Source of the DNA: Utricularia gibba
Lineage: Eukaryota > Plantae > Magnoliophyta
DNA length: 64,000 nt
Assembly: GCA_002189035.1 (NCBI GenBank)
Contig: CM007991.1
Span: 1,364,001 to 1,428,000 of the forward strand
Reading direction: 5' to 3'
The position numbers and the translations under genes are program-made. The notes under the pieces were generated by a model, which saw nothing but the letters and a program-made list of their open reading frames with translations, had not been told where the DNA came from and did not search any database. The stretch's first letter is position 1; each line of letters opens with the position of its first letter. Of this stretch, positions 12,596-25,295 are shown piece by piece.

Positions 12596-14186
12596 ATGGA
12601 AGGTACTACTAAAACTTTGAGTGGCAGCGGAGTTACGGTGGTGGGATCAGATGCTCCCTCTGACTACCAAGTTGCTCCTAGGACCACTAATTCCGAGAAT
12701 TTAGTTCAGATAACTGGATCACGGCCACCAACCCTGACAGTGACAGCGTCATTAGTTTCCGGTTCTACTTCTGTAGCCCCCAGAGACCGCGGAGGCGCCG
12801 GCGCCGTTAAAAAGAAACGGGGGCGGCCAAGAAAGTATGGCCCAGATGGCTTCTTGGCGGCCTCATCTTGGGGTGTTTCCTCTGCCCTGCCCCAGATTAT
12901 TGACTTCTCTGCGGCGGGAAACCGTGGGAAAACACAGCCATTTGGGGGCCAGCTTCAGGACAGAATGAAGATAGATAGTTTAGGTAATTAGGTACATGCA
13001 TATTGATTCATTTCTTTTCTTTTTTTTTGTATGTTTTAAGTGCATTTTGTACGCATAGAGGTAGTGGTACCTCTGAGTATCTTGGCCAATAAAAAGGGGA
13101 ATTTGCCCCAAGTTCTTAATTATATCTGTTTTCCATACTTTGGAAATAGGGATTTTTGCATTGTGCCTGGTTATCTGGTTGAATAAACTTGTGTTTTTAT
13201 GTCATTCTGCTTCCCTTATGAAGCATCTACTGAATAAGATATGGTGTGTACTTGGAAAGGCTGTGGTTTTACTATTTTCGAATGCCTTTTGCCCTTATGT
13301 AGGAGATCGGGCTTCATGTTCTGTTCTTGAGAGTTTCACCCCCCGCATAATCGACGTCTATCCCGGAGAGGTAAATCATGAATCAAAAACCTGTTCCAGA
13401 ATGTCTGAGAAGCTTGAATCCGCGATCAAGTGATCTAATGATTCGATTTTTCTCCACAGGATGTTACCATGAAAGTCATATCTTTCTCCCAACAAGGTCC
13501 CCGTGCAATATGCATTCTTTCAGCTATTGGTAAAATTTCTAGTGCCACGCTTCGCCAGCCTGATTCATCTGGTGGAACATTGACATATGAGGTGCTGCCA
13601 TCAATATGCTTTCATTACCTGAAGAACTTCACTGTAGTTTATGTCTTTTGTACGCTCTCTTCATTTCCCCTGTATCCGATATCAAAGCTCTCAGCTGGGA
13701 TTTTGCTGAATTTCCATCATCATCTAGCTCGCATTTTTCTAGATTTTGTCGTTTGGAGTTGCAGATGTGGTTGGCTTCGCTTCTGAATGAAGTTGTTCCT
13801 GTTTGTGTCGATTCAGGGGCGCTTTGAGATACTTTCATTGATGGGGTCATTCATACCTTGTGAGAGCGGAGGGATGAGAGACAGATCCGGTGGCATGAGT
13901 GTTCTCTTGGCCAGCCCCGATGGCCGTGTCATGGGCGGCGGAGTTGCCGGCTTGCTAGTTGCCGCCAGCCTTGTTCAGGTATCCACCACCCCCTCACTCC
14001 TCTCCGATAACAACCCCCCTATTTTCCTCACTATTCCTTGGCAACCAGATTGTGATCGGAAGCTTCCTAGTCGGCAATCAGGACGAGCAGAAACCAAAAT
14101 CACCGAAGCCACCCCCGGTGAGTGCAGTCCCAATTTCTAGCTTGGCCATGGAGGATACTACCCTCTATTTCCGCACGCAAAACTAA
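12596..14186 (+). CDS. AHL1-like: AT-hook motif nuclear-localized protein (clade B AHL, PPC/DUF296 domain), 5 exons
   Basis: Exons 12596-12983, 13303-13370, 13460-13591, 13817-13978, 14049-14186. AT-hook KKKRGRPRKYGPDG; PPC motifs SQQGPRAICILSA and GRFEILSL. The C-terminus looks short, so the 3' end is less certain. Confidence 0.87.
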
Positions 14187-14628
14187 CGCGTGGATGAAGA
14201 CAAGGGCCATCTGTGTTAGAAGATTAGCCTGCGGTATCTTAGACTACATCTTGTTTGTTGAACATGGATGAGAACAGCAGTTTTAACAGCACTTCCATAT
14301 CAGCATTTCGTTCGCTGCTATACAGATTTGAATCTTGATGGATCTGTAACTGTAGAAACATGTGAAGATTTGATTTTACAGCATACAGGACTTGCCATTA
14401 CTACCATCTTCGTCTCCTTCATTAAATATTCAAATTGCTGTCGTAAGATACTCATTTTTGACTTTGACTTTTTCTCACTCAGCCCTCAGGTGACGCAGCC
14501 TTCCCAACTGCTTCAGTAAACAACCACATTTCCAGCTTCTTTGAGGGAGAGAACTCTTCAACAAGTTATACATATAAATAGGTAACAAGAGCCACAGTAG
14601 AAATTCACTTCATTCCTGGGTATGAGCC

Positions 14629-15126
14629 ATGAAAACCTGCTGGCACCAGTTGGTGTTTCTGTTCATCATTCTTCTCAGTGTTTGGTTCTTACGGATGCGC
14701 GGAAGCCTATCTGGGCTTTCATCCCATCTCCTTGTCTTCACGTTCATGATATTCAACGCTGCCGTCGCTGTCAAGACGACGGCCGTGCCCGACGCTTCCG
14801 CCCCCGAGGAAGAAGACGTCGATAGGATAATGACTCTCTTGCACTTGAACGGGGAGATCCCCGCCGACGAGATAAATTCAGGTGGCATATATGAAGGTTA
14901 TGCTACAGAGCATGACGACGATGAGGATTACGACGATATCTGGGATTCCGACAAGGCCAACGGATCCGAGATCGAGGAAGGGGATACCGATGATGATGAT
15001 AAGGATGAAGCCTTTAACAAGAAGTGTCAAGACTACATTGATATGGTGAGAAAACGCATGAGAGAGGAACTTCAGTGGGACAAATCTCCCAGAACTCCTC
15101 CCGCAGCTTACATTCCATGTGTGTAG
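14629..15126 (+). CDS. Single-exon protein with hydrophobic N-terminus, acidic tract and DUF761-like C-terminal helix
   Basis: 165-aa ORF with two hydrophobic N-terminal segments, a D/E-rich middle, and DEAFNKKCQDYIDMVRKRMREE resembling the plant 'D.F..K.EEFI..V' motif. GC content is above the flanks. Confidence 0.65.
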   Translation: MKTCWHQLVFLFIILLSVWFLRMRGSLSGLSSHLLVFTFMIFNAAVAVKTTAVPDASAPEEEDVDRIMTLLHLNGEIPADEINSGGIYEGYATEHDDDEDYDDIWDSDKANGSEIEEGDTDDDDKDEAFNKKCQDYIDMVRKRMREELQWDKSPRTPPAAYIPCV

Positions 15127-16026
15127 CTTAGTTCTTTGACCATTCTTCTCAATTTAATTAATTCATTATTTTAACTCTAATATTCTTTGTATTCTTGGAT
15201 GTATTTACTAGAGTAAACATTTTGGAAATTATGATTGTGCCATTATATATAAAAAATATTATAAAATATTAAATATCACGTTGGATTTAATATTTTTTTA
15301 AATGTAATTTATATTTCTTTTATATTTAAACTTTACACGTGTTCGTATGATGTATCATATTTTTAATTTTAACATAATATCAAAACAATTATATGTATAA
15401 AAGATTATGAATTATTAATAATTATATCGAACATAATCTTTTTCAAATGTGATGTACGTTTATTATATAATTTACTTTAAAATTTATATATAAATTCATT
15501 CAATCTATTAAAATTGCATTTGCTTAGTACAAGTGTCAATTAATGCATATATGATTTAGAAAATACGTGTATAAATAATGTAATCATATTTTTTTAAAAC
15601 TTCTCTATCATATAAATTTTAGTTTTTTTATTTATTTTAAACATATATCAACTATGAAGTATATTTGCAGTTTTAGTAAGATAATATGTATTTATTTAAG
15701 TAAAAATCGTAGTTATTTGAAGTGGTCAATGCGAAATAAATATGGTTATGAGCGTGTCCATTGACCAAGCAAGAAGTAACTAGCCTATGCATTAACTATT
15801 ACCCCTATTTACGCGCTGTGAGAGACTTGAAACAGTCGGTTCATTTTTATAGTAATCCTAATTGGTTGTGACCCGACCCGAGAACTCCTCGTCCGGGCGC
15901 TTTGTTCAAATGATCCATGCGAATCCGAAGCTCCGTTTGGGGGGCGGGTGGAGGATTTAGTAATATTTTCAAATAAAATATTTTTATTAATTGAGTGTTT
16001 ACTTTACACTCGATTTTCAGGTGCCG

Positions 16027-16703
16027 ATGGTGACGTCGCCACCGTCGATGCGGCGGCTGCTGCTGCCCTCGGAAGGACTCTGTCTTGGGCGGGGACTCTC
16101 TGGTTCAACTACTCCAACGAGAAGGCCTATTGTCTTATCTGGTTGCCACAGTATTACCGTCGTCACACTTTTGTTTGAGTTCCTTCCTTCGGGAATTTGT
16201 TGGGTGTTATAAGATTCAACCCAATGCGAAGCTTTCGTCCTCTGAAGCCGTCCGTTGCTGCAAATCGGTGATGAAGGTACATTTTCGCAATGTAACTTTT
16301 TTTATATTGGGGATTTGCTTAATGCATTTTATGTTTATGGGGCTGATTTGAATAAACTGTTTAGGGTTCTTTTCTGGGGTAAGATGATAAGAGTACGAAC
16401 ATGTTTTCCGTTGCCTTGTTGGGGGAAATTCTTTCCCAACTGATGGTATATTTTATCGTGGAAGACTAGACGAACTACTGGCTGCATAGGTTGCTTCACC
16501 ATGGTTGGGGTTATGAGAATATTCACAAGGTGCATCATGAGTACACACTTCCAGTTCCTTTTGCTGCCCCATACGCTCACTGGGCTGAGATTTTGATTCT
16601 TGGAATCCCCTCGTTTCTTGGGCGGCAATGACCCCTGGGCATATGATTACCTTGTGGTTGTGGATTGCTCTGAGGCAGATTGAAGCCATCTAAACTCACA
16701 GTG
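16027..16703 (+). pseudogene. SMO1: Sterol 4-alpha-methyl oxidase 1 (SMO1) pseudogene, 3'-truncated
   Basis: ATVDAAAAAALGRTLSWAGTLWFNYS, YKIQPNAKLS, then ILSQLMVYFIVED*TNYWLHRLLHHGWGYENIHKVHHEYT...AHWAEILILGIPSFLG...GHMITLWLWIALRQIEAI*THSG. Stops at 16467-16469 and 16691-16693, plus frameshifts. The last exon with the third His box was not found. Confidence 0.88.
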
Positions 16704-17033
16704 GGTATCCACCTTCATTCCTTTGAATGCTTGATTAAATGCCAACATGGGGTCGTGCGATCCATTTACTATCTTTCTCACAGCGTAGGATAAACTATTA
16801 TCATTACAACATTTTACTTGATTTTCCAATTAAAAGGTCCTGGGATTTTTCAATTTGAACATAGCTTATGCCAGTGAGGATACTGTTAAACCTGTTCATT
16901 CTCATTTTACACTGCCTGTGCTTTGCATGTTGGTGTACTTCCTCATGCACTTGGTCTTTTAAAATAAATTCCTTTTATTCCATGGTTACATTACAGTATC
17001 TTTTCCCACCCAACTAGGAAGCTTTACAATATA

Positions 17034-19132
17034 CTAAGCACTAAAAGCGCCATCTGATATTCTCAGCTGCACAAGTTGGCCACCATCGCTGCACGCAGAT
17101 GCACAAGCTTCCTCCATTGTGGAGATGGGGATCCCCTTGTTACAAATGTTCGCAAATGCACGCATGTGCTTCATGCCGTACTGCGTCAAAGAGCCGCAAT
17201 GGTACTCGAACACTCGAACCTGGACAGTGAAGTAGCCAGCAGACCATAAACAACAGAATCTACTTGAAGTGTGGTTAAAGGTAGCTCCTCTAACTTACCA
17301 TTGCCTTCAAGCAATCCCAGTCATCAGCAAGGGGAAGGCCTCGGCTCCTCACATGCTTAACAACTGATGGATCACCAAAAAGGATTGATCCAACCATTTC
17401 TATGCTGGCATCAAGATGTTGCCGATGAGCAACTGTTTCCATTATCGACTTGAGATGTGCTGCCTTCTCTGGGGAGCCCTCCGGTAATTTCTTGTACTAC
17501 AAATTGCATGAATCAAATGACTCTACACTATGCATTTCAATGAGAGGTATAAGAAGGATTCACGAGACTGAAACTCTTACCCTTTCCCACATGAATAGAA
17601 TATCTGCATCTCTTTGATTGACAACCTCGAATTTTTTGATCCCATTCGGGGCAAGGATTTCGGTTTTTGGATCGAACCCTTGATACAAATAGAGTTTTTC
17701 AATCTTTACACCCTTGCTTCCGTACTCCATAACATGAGATCCAGCAGCGTAGGAGTTGTAGTTGGACGTTCGCTCCTTCACCTGATGAGTAGTCAAAAGG
17801 TCCAATATTGGAAATACCAGTGGATGGGTGGTGCATGCCAAACACTAGAACCAGCTTAGTTCGTTTACCTGTTCATACTGTTGCTCTACTGTCTCCCTTT
17901 TCAGGTTATGAGTCTCACTGCAGATTGAAAGGAAACACAGAAGTGGTGAGAATAGGCCCAGAAGTGGATCGTGAACGAAACTCCTAAAACTTCACCTATC
18001 TTCCATCCAGGCAACACTGTATAGATCTCCCAAGCACGTGATGTAGTCTGGAGGAGGGGAGGGATCCATCCCCGGGCAGTATGTTCCCCAGCTACTTTCT
18101 TCAGCATTGGATGCCGTTGTCACATAAACATCCAGATCATTAGGCATCATGCCTTCGAATACACTCCCGCTCTCACAAGCCTCGACGTATATCATCTTTG
18201 TAAAGAGAAAAAAGGTCAGAGCTTCAATGGCCGGGAGAGCTTCAAACACAAGAAAAGGTCATCTTTGAACTCACCATTTCCCTGTATTTTCCAGCTGCAT
18301 GCTTCCTTTTCAATACCTCGATGAAGTCTCTTCCATAAAGATATGGCAGGTTTGGCATCCCTGTTCAAAATCAGTAATGTTGATTGCTTTGTATTCGAAA
18401 CCAGGAACAGGGCAACAACTACGCTATGTATGAAACCCACTCTCAACTAGTTTTGAGTACCTAGCACACCCGGACCACCGTGATCGGAATAGTAGACGAA
18501 TATGCGGTCGTTTGGTTTGCTGTCGACGACTTTGCCACTCCCTCCTTTTGTAGCACTTCTGTCACCTAAGATCACGGCGTAGAAGTTCTCCACCGTGACT
18601 TGTTCGCCGGTGTAGTCCTATCGGGGAAATCGCTGCAATAAAGCATGTATGAATATTCGAATGTACATATACACACACGCACCTTTGGGACGCCGGCGTA
18701 GACGTCCTCGCCGGTGGGATGGTTGATGATGACTCCCTTCCTTGGGTTCAGCACGTTGTCTGCTATATCATCGTACATGAAAACTACAATGTTCTCTTCT
18801 TTCAGGCCTCCTCTTTTCAGTATTTGATAAGCATGGCATACATCCGCCTACGGGATCCAGCAACTTCTAGTGAGGAAGACGACCAGGCTAAATTGGTGGT
18901 ACAACTTTTTGTTTACCTGATGACGGTAGTTCCCGAAACCATTTGAGCCGGCCACCAGAACCGCCCATGTGGTACCGTTTTTGGCAGCGGGCGGTGGCGG
19001 CGGAGGGCGGTGGAATGGCCACCGGATGATGGGATCCCAGCCTTTTTTCCACCTTCCCTCGGCGGATTCAAAGGAAAGGGAGGTCACTACAACAAGAAAA
19101 AGAGCGACTTTGAAAAGAACAGTGGCCTCCAT
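17034..19132 (-). CDS. bVPE: Vacuolar processing enzyme (legumain, C13), beta/seed-type, 9 exons
   Basis: Signal peptide; WDPIIRWP; [17 protein letters not shown]; catalytic YSDHGGPG and YVEACESGS; C-terminal [21 protein letters not shown]...FSA*. All junctions GT-AG and in frame. Confidence 0.93.
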
Positions 19133-19709
19133 TCCTTGAGAGCACCGGAGAACTCACATAGTTGATATAAAACCTTGTTTTTGTGGGAAAGAGGAGTCCA
19201 TGCAAAAGAAGAGAGTGACACGTAAGGGCAGTGACCATAGCCGTGTCCCCTTTGCGGACATAGGAGAGCGGTGGAAGAAATGACTCCTAGCGTTTCTTTG
19301 ATTGCATTGCTTATGTGACCTCGAAAAATGGAGAAGCTGATAAGGCAGAGAGGCAGAATTGAGACTTGGAAATTTGAGTATTTTCAGGTGTCGTGGTGGA
19401 GTACATGGAATACGCTGATCTCCTGGTTAAACCTGCAGCCATGCTTGTTGAAGATCAGTCCGCTTGGAGCAATTGCCATTTGATAACAAGAAGATTGTTG
19501 TTGTTCTTGTCTTGGATGACATTTCTGTTGTAATTGATAGAAACTCTTCTGTATCTGTATGCATCTTCTTCTCCTTCACTAGCAAAAGGGCTGGGTTCCC
19601 ATCCCTGATATAAAACCTGTCGTGAGTACTTTCGGATGGTGGTTCCTTTTAGTTCCTGCATTTTGATCGAATAAACCCTCAGAATTCTCCAACCCAAATC
19701 AGATCTACC

Positions 19710-20384
19710 ATGGATTCAAAGCCGGAATCGCCACCGCCGTTCCCAATCGCCGTCCTCCACCGTGTTGAAGCCCTGGACACGGAGATATCTCTAAAGCTCT
19801 ACACTTTCTTCCACCCCATTTTCCCTTATCCTCTCTTGAAATCCCTCGAATTCTCCGGCGACGGCCGTATTTTTTTTCCCATCCTTCTCTCCGTTCTACT
19901 GACCACCGCGCCGATCGCATCCCTTTCAATTACTCCTGTAACACCTTCAACTCTTCTTGCACTAAACCTCTTAATCGGAGGACTTCTTGACCTAATCCTG
20001 GTTGGATCCATCAAACACCTCGTTCAGAGGCCGCGCCCTGTTTATAACAAAAATATGTTCCTTTCGTTTGCTGTTGACCATTGGTCTTTCCCCAGTGGGC
20101 ATTCATCTAGAGTATCGTTCATAGCTTGCTATTGCTTACTTTATTCCAATCAGATCAGGGAAGTTCTGTTGATGAGCCCTCTGGAAATCGATCCGGGAAG
20201 CTTTATTTTGGAATATTTTGTTGTGGGTGTGGGAATTTGGGCTGCTATTACATCGTTGTCAAGGGTGTTTCTTGGCCGCCATTTCGTCCTCGACATAGTT
20301 GCTGGACTATGTCTGGGTGCTATTGAAGGGATGATCGTGTTTCGATTTCTTAATTTTGTCAACCTGTGCTCCTGGTTCCGGTGA
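19710..20384 (+). CDS. PAP2-family lipid phosphate phosphatase (LPP-beta-like), intronless CDS
   Basis: PAP2 motifs KHLVQRPRP, SFPSGHSS, SRVFLGRHFVLD. A GTAAGT donor 5 nt after the stop and an acceptor near 20811 suggest a 3'UTR intron. Confidence 0.9.
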   Translation: MDSKPESPPPFPIAVLHRVEALDTEISLKLYTFFHPIFPYPLLKSLEFSGDGRIFFPILLSVLLTTAPIASLSITPVTPSTLLALNLLIGGLLDLILVGSIKHLVQRPRPVYNKNMFLSFAVDHWSFPSGHSSRVSFIACYCLLYSNQIREVLLMSPLEIDPGSFILEYFVVGVGIWAAITSLSRVFLGRHFVLDIVAGLCLGAIEGMIVFRFLNFVNLCSWFR

Positions 20385-22243
20385 CAAATGTAAGTAGCAC
20401 CTTACCCTTTGAATAGCTTGGAATGAAGTTTCTGCATCTACTGTTGCTGCTTTATACAGAGTGTTACTTATCTATCAATGCAATCCCTAGTGTGGTTCTC
20501 TAGGGAGTTTGAATCAAAAGGAACAAGAAAAACGCCTTGGATTGTGTCTGCTTGATTGAAACTATTTTGATCTTCCTGCAATTTCTACATCAGATGGTTT
20601 AGTTAGAGACTTAGAGTACTTCTTTGGATGATATATCTGAACTCCTAGGAAAGCCAAGCCTCCCCTGCTTGCCTATAGAACTAAAGCTTCATTTTTCTCT
20701 TTGACATACTGTCTCTTAACATCCACTCTGGTGCGTGCTGTCCAAAGATTCCATTAAACTCTGCTGCTGTCATATGTTGCTGTTAAACAGCACTTGAGCT
20801 TTCTCTGTCCAGGTGCTGCAGTGCTGCCGCTCCACTCCTCCGGCATTTGGCTCAAGTTCCCCCTTCAACGATTCCGGCGACCCCCATTCAACTTCGTGGC
20901 CTATTAGTTTCCATCACTCGAACCAGGGGGGCCCATACCATTCCCCATTGTACTCCTAGTTTCTGACGTGGCAGATTCCTATTCAACCAGTGTACTTTGA
21001 TCATGTGGGGTGTTTTTTTTTTTTACTAACATTTTATTAGATTTTGCTCCTTTCTTCATTTATTTCAATGTGTTTAAAATATAAAACCGGATTTTAAAGT
21101 GAAAAGCATCAAAACAAATAAAATAAAAAAAATTCAATCCAATTAATGAAAAAAGAGGAAAAAATAATGACGCCGGCAAAGGATAAGATATCAATTATCA
21201 ATAACTTTTAATTCTAATTTCCAAAATTCCAGAATTAGAATTGGAATCAAATGCCCGGAGAGGGGGCCCACTCAAATGATGGAGGAGCGTGAACATGGCT
21301 CCTCTTATCTATCCAATTCCAAATGTTCCAATTTTCTATTAGATTCAAAAATAAAAAATAAAATTTAGGCATTTTTTTTAAAAAAAATCAACGCAAAATT
21401 CGAAAAAAAAAATGCTAAAGTCTGAAATTTAAAACAATGATTTGGTGTTAGAAAGAATGTTGGCATCAAGATATTTATTGCTTGAATTGAGTCTCTCCCA
21501 GTCCCAACCAAGATGCTTATCCCCTTAAAGCAAAAGGGTTGGAGAAATCAATGTCATTCAGCACACGTGTTGGTGTGCTAATCGCAATTTGGTGGAATCA
21601 ATGAAAAGCAAAGGGATTCTTTTTCCGGTCCAGGGGCAGGGTGACGGATATGAACGAATGAAACCATGGTTTAGTCCATTCAACACCACCTGGGATTAAG
21701 AGACCATCCACGTCATGTTGCATGAAGGAGAGGTATATGTTTGAAATTATGAATTCTATGTGTTGGATGAATATGTATGAAATCTAAGTATATAAAAAAT
21801 GTATTAAGTTCTATCGATTATTAGTGATTAATGATGTTTTATAGATTTGATTGTATGATTTTAATTTACTCATATGAGATTATTTAATCTAACACCCTTG
21901 GAATCTGATAGGTTTTTTTATTGTAATTAATGTTTAACAAAAAATTAAATTCATCTTGACTACTTAAGTGTGATCGTAAGACAAACATTTTGGTACATAA
22001 AACATATATTATATTTTAAAAGATTAGATCTAATTAATTATTAGTAATTTAAAATATCTTATATATATATAATGATACTAATTTAATTTCTTAATATAGT
22101 ATTGTTTGGTGTAACAGTATTCAAAGCTAGGAATGGAATGAGATTCTCCTCCTCCAAACAGGGTGATCCATCCAGTAGTATAAACTCATTCTTACCCACC
22201 ACTCACCCTGCTTCGGCTTATTCACTTCATCCAACAACAGAAA

Positions 22244-22465
22244 ATGGAGGGCAACCCCTACCGGCGGCGACCAAGGGAGGCCTGGGTCCTCTACGAGCTG
22301 CAGCGAATGCCCAGCGGTTTGAAGAAGCCGGCGGCGGTCCGGATAATCTCCGACCACCACCACCACCACCACCACCAGCATGGCGACGAGGATATCGACG
22401 CCAAGGCTGAGGAGTTCATCAGGAGGAAGTTTCGGCAGATAGGAGCCCTTTACGCACTTTCTTGA
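22244..22465 (+). CDS. Small DUF761/cotton-fibre-like protein with poly-His
   Basis: 73-aa ORF ending HHHHHHHQHGDEDIDAKAEEFIRRKF, matching the DIDAKAEEFI family motif. GC-rich island in AT-rich flanks. Confidence 0.7.
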   Translation: MEGNPYRRRPREAWVLYELQRMPSGLKKPAAVRIISDHHHHHHHQHGDEDIDAKAEEFIRRKFRQIGALYALS

Positions 22466-23191
22466 TATGGTACACTCCGGTGGGTCGAGATGGCGGAGTT
22501 GTGAGCACTTCATCAAATCGCAATAAGGGAAGGGTCCATCGTGAACCAACCACCTCTGTATCGTAGTATGCTTCTACTTTCACCAGTTGCTGCAATGTAA
22601 TTAACCAAACTTTTAGCCTTCTCTTTTGAGTTGAATTATAAATACATATAGACCCAAAATTCATGAAATGATAACAGGTGCATCAAAATTTAATATTTTT
22701 TTTAAATAAGACTTATGAAGAAATAAAAATTCAGATTTAATATAACTAAATTTTGGAGTAATGAAAATTGAGATTTACACATTCCATCTCTCATTTTATT
22801 ATTTTATATAGAGCTTGTTATATGTTACGAATTTATTGAAGTGATTATGTTTACTTTTTGAAGGTTCTATTCTTTAATTGTTTTGTATTAAAATCAAAAA
22901 TTCAGATTCTAAGATTAATTTTATAAATTATTATATTTTTTTGAATCTCTACTTTTGGAATTAAATAAAAAATTAATTAAAAAGATATAGCAAATATCTT
23001 GATTTCATTTTTGGTCTAATACTCAGTCAAACTCGAAAATGATTTTCCATCCCCATGATAACTGATAGCGCTCAGGTTCTAAAACAGGATGCTGCAACGG
23101 GGACTTGAACGAATCGTCTAATATGCTTATTCATATTACGTGACTAATAGTGCACGTAATTAAATGAGAACAAAACTAAAGTTTCCTAAGG

Positions 23192-24952
23192 TCAGATCTC
23201 CCCGTCCCATAGTTCCTGTAGTGACTTGTACTGGCTGAGAGTCTCATGAACAAAGGATGCACCCTTGAGCAGCCTTGCCTGCCAGACAAACAACGCAATG
23301 AAAGTGGAAAACGATCACCTTTTTGCGGAATCATTCCTGATCGTAAAAGCGAATGGGGGAATGTGTGAGTTGTTCGAATATGGGGTAGAGCGACTTGCCT
23401 GGCTGATTTCAGAGAATTTGGCGAGCAAATCATCTGGAATGGACCATGAAAAGATGTCCAAATTCTGCTTGATCCTTGACTCGTTTGTGCTTTTGGGGAG
23501 TACGCTTTGGCCCATCTGCAGACCCCAACGAAGAGCAACTTGTGCGGGGGTTTTTCCTAGTTTTTCAGCCACGAACACCAACACAGGGTCCTGAAGAGTT
23601 CCACTCTTGATCCATGTTGTCCCAGGTGAACCCAGTGGAGAGTATGCCTGGTCGATGCATTTCACATGTTGGAAATGAGATCGCAATGAGAAGGCGATGG
23701 GGAGTGTCAGCAGTCAACTTACAGAAAGGTGAACTCCTGAAGATTTGCAGAATTGCCTTAGTTTACCCTGTTGCCAGGATGGATGGCATTCCACCTGGTT
23801 AACAGCTGGAGGAATGCGCGCAGCACTCAACAAATTGCGTAGCTTCTCAACCGAGAAATTGCTGACCCCGATAGCACGAGCCTTTCCAGAATCGTAAAGT
23901 GCCTCCATAGCTTTCCAAGTTCCGGGCATATCAGTGGGAAGTAAGTTTTCAGGGGCAAAACCAGTGGAATCCTTCTTCTGCCGCACCGGCCAGTGAATCT
24001 GTAAGTTCGAGAGATACCTTTTATTACCTTCACCACAAATGAAATTTATAACTAAGATAACAGACAGGAGAAACACATACTAGGTACAAATCAACATAGT
24101 CAAGTTGTAAGTCTGCAAGTGTTTTCTCGAGTGCAACAGGCACATCTTCAGGAGCCTGGTCAGTGTTCCTATGAAATTGGAATACCAAGATCATATGACA
24201 GAGCTATAACAAAGAACTTCACAAACCTGTCCCTTTGTCAGGAAAGCCAAAACCTTGCAAGGAAAGATAAGAAAAAGAGGATTCAAGCATATACTTACCA
24301 GAGCTTTGATGTGATAAATAAATCCTCTCTCTTCACAACTCCCTCTTGGATCAGCTTTTTGAGAACCAAACCAATCTATAGAAAAGCATCATAAAACCTA
24401 AATCTCCTCAGCCAACGCAATCGAATCAAAGCAAAAATTAGATACGACCTCCTTCTCGTTCTTATATATTCGAGCACAGTCGATATGACGATATCCGCTC
24501 TGCATCAAGAAAACATAGTACTTAATCGACTGTAATTAATTTAATCAATCTGAGACAAACTCTTTTCTTACTATAAAACATAGAAACAAAAAACGTAAAC
24601 GTGTGTTTCACAACAACATAGTAATACGATACTACTACATATCATAAAGCCGATGAACACAAACAAGAAATGAGAACAAATTGGATCATCGTTCGAAATT
24701 CACCAGGAGTTTTCCAGATAACAAACACATACGCATAGATCTCTTTTTTTTTTTAAACCTCCTGTTACTCCAAGACAGAAAAAAAAACGGCAAATGTATT
24801 CAAATGGAAACGAGAGATTTCAGAAATCTCACCTTGATAGCAGCTTCGACGGCTTCACCGACGACACCGGGATCCGATTGCCATGTACCGAGGCCGACCG
24901 ATGGAATCTTCGCTCCGGTATTCAGTTCAAAGAACTTTAAATTATCCGCCAT
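23192..24952 (-). CDS. AKR4C-like: NADPH-dependent aldo-keto reductase, AKR4C family
   Basis: [57 protein letters not shown], ending ELWDGEI*. Last intron (23279-23398) is GC-AG. Confidence 0.93.
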
Positions 24953-25295
24953 TTCCGAAAAAAGTTCGCGATCGGAGAGTAAATCTGCCAACCTTCTCAC
25001 CACAGAGCTCTATAGTAGTTTGTATAGAAAATGTGGACTGCACACGGCAAAGTGGATTTAACAGAGACCGTTCATTTATATGCCATCCGACGGTGCAAAT
25101 AGAAACAATTAATGAAGAAAATCATATCGGCGCGCCTGGGTATCTCGTTAGACTACGACGGGAGTGGGGCGGTAAATTAAAAAAAAAGGCAACTAAATAA
25201 ATCTTTTAAAAATTACGAAAAACAATTTGCAATTTTGTGTTTATTTTCTCTGTAATTCCAGCTTCGCCGAGTTTGTTTATGGTGTTGGCATTTCC

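Noticed and set aside
21745-21900. Possible small MITE (GTGTTGGAT / ATCTAACAC ends)
   Set aside because: Only a 9-nt inverted match and no TSD; not distinguishable from chance in AT-rich DNA.
22102-22410. 102-aa ORF with poly-Pro
   Set aside because: Alternative frame over the poly-His DUF761-like gene; the family motif is in the other frame.
23095-23115. tRNA B-box-like GTTCAAGTCC (minus strand); also GGGTCGAATCCC near 3308
   Set aside because: No pairing T-stem, acceptor stem or A-box.
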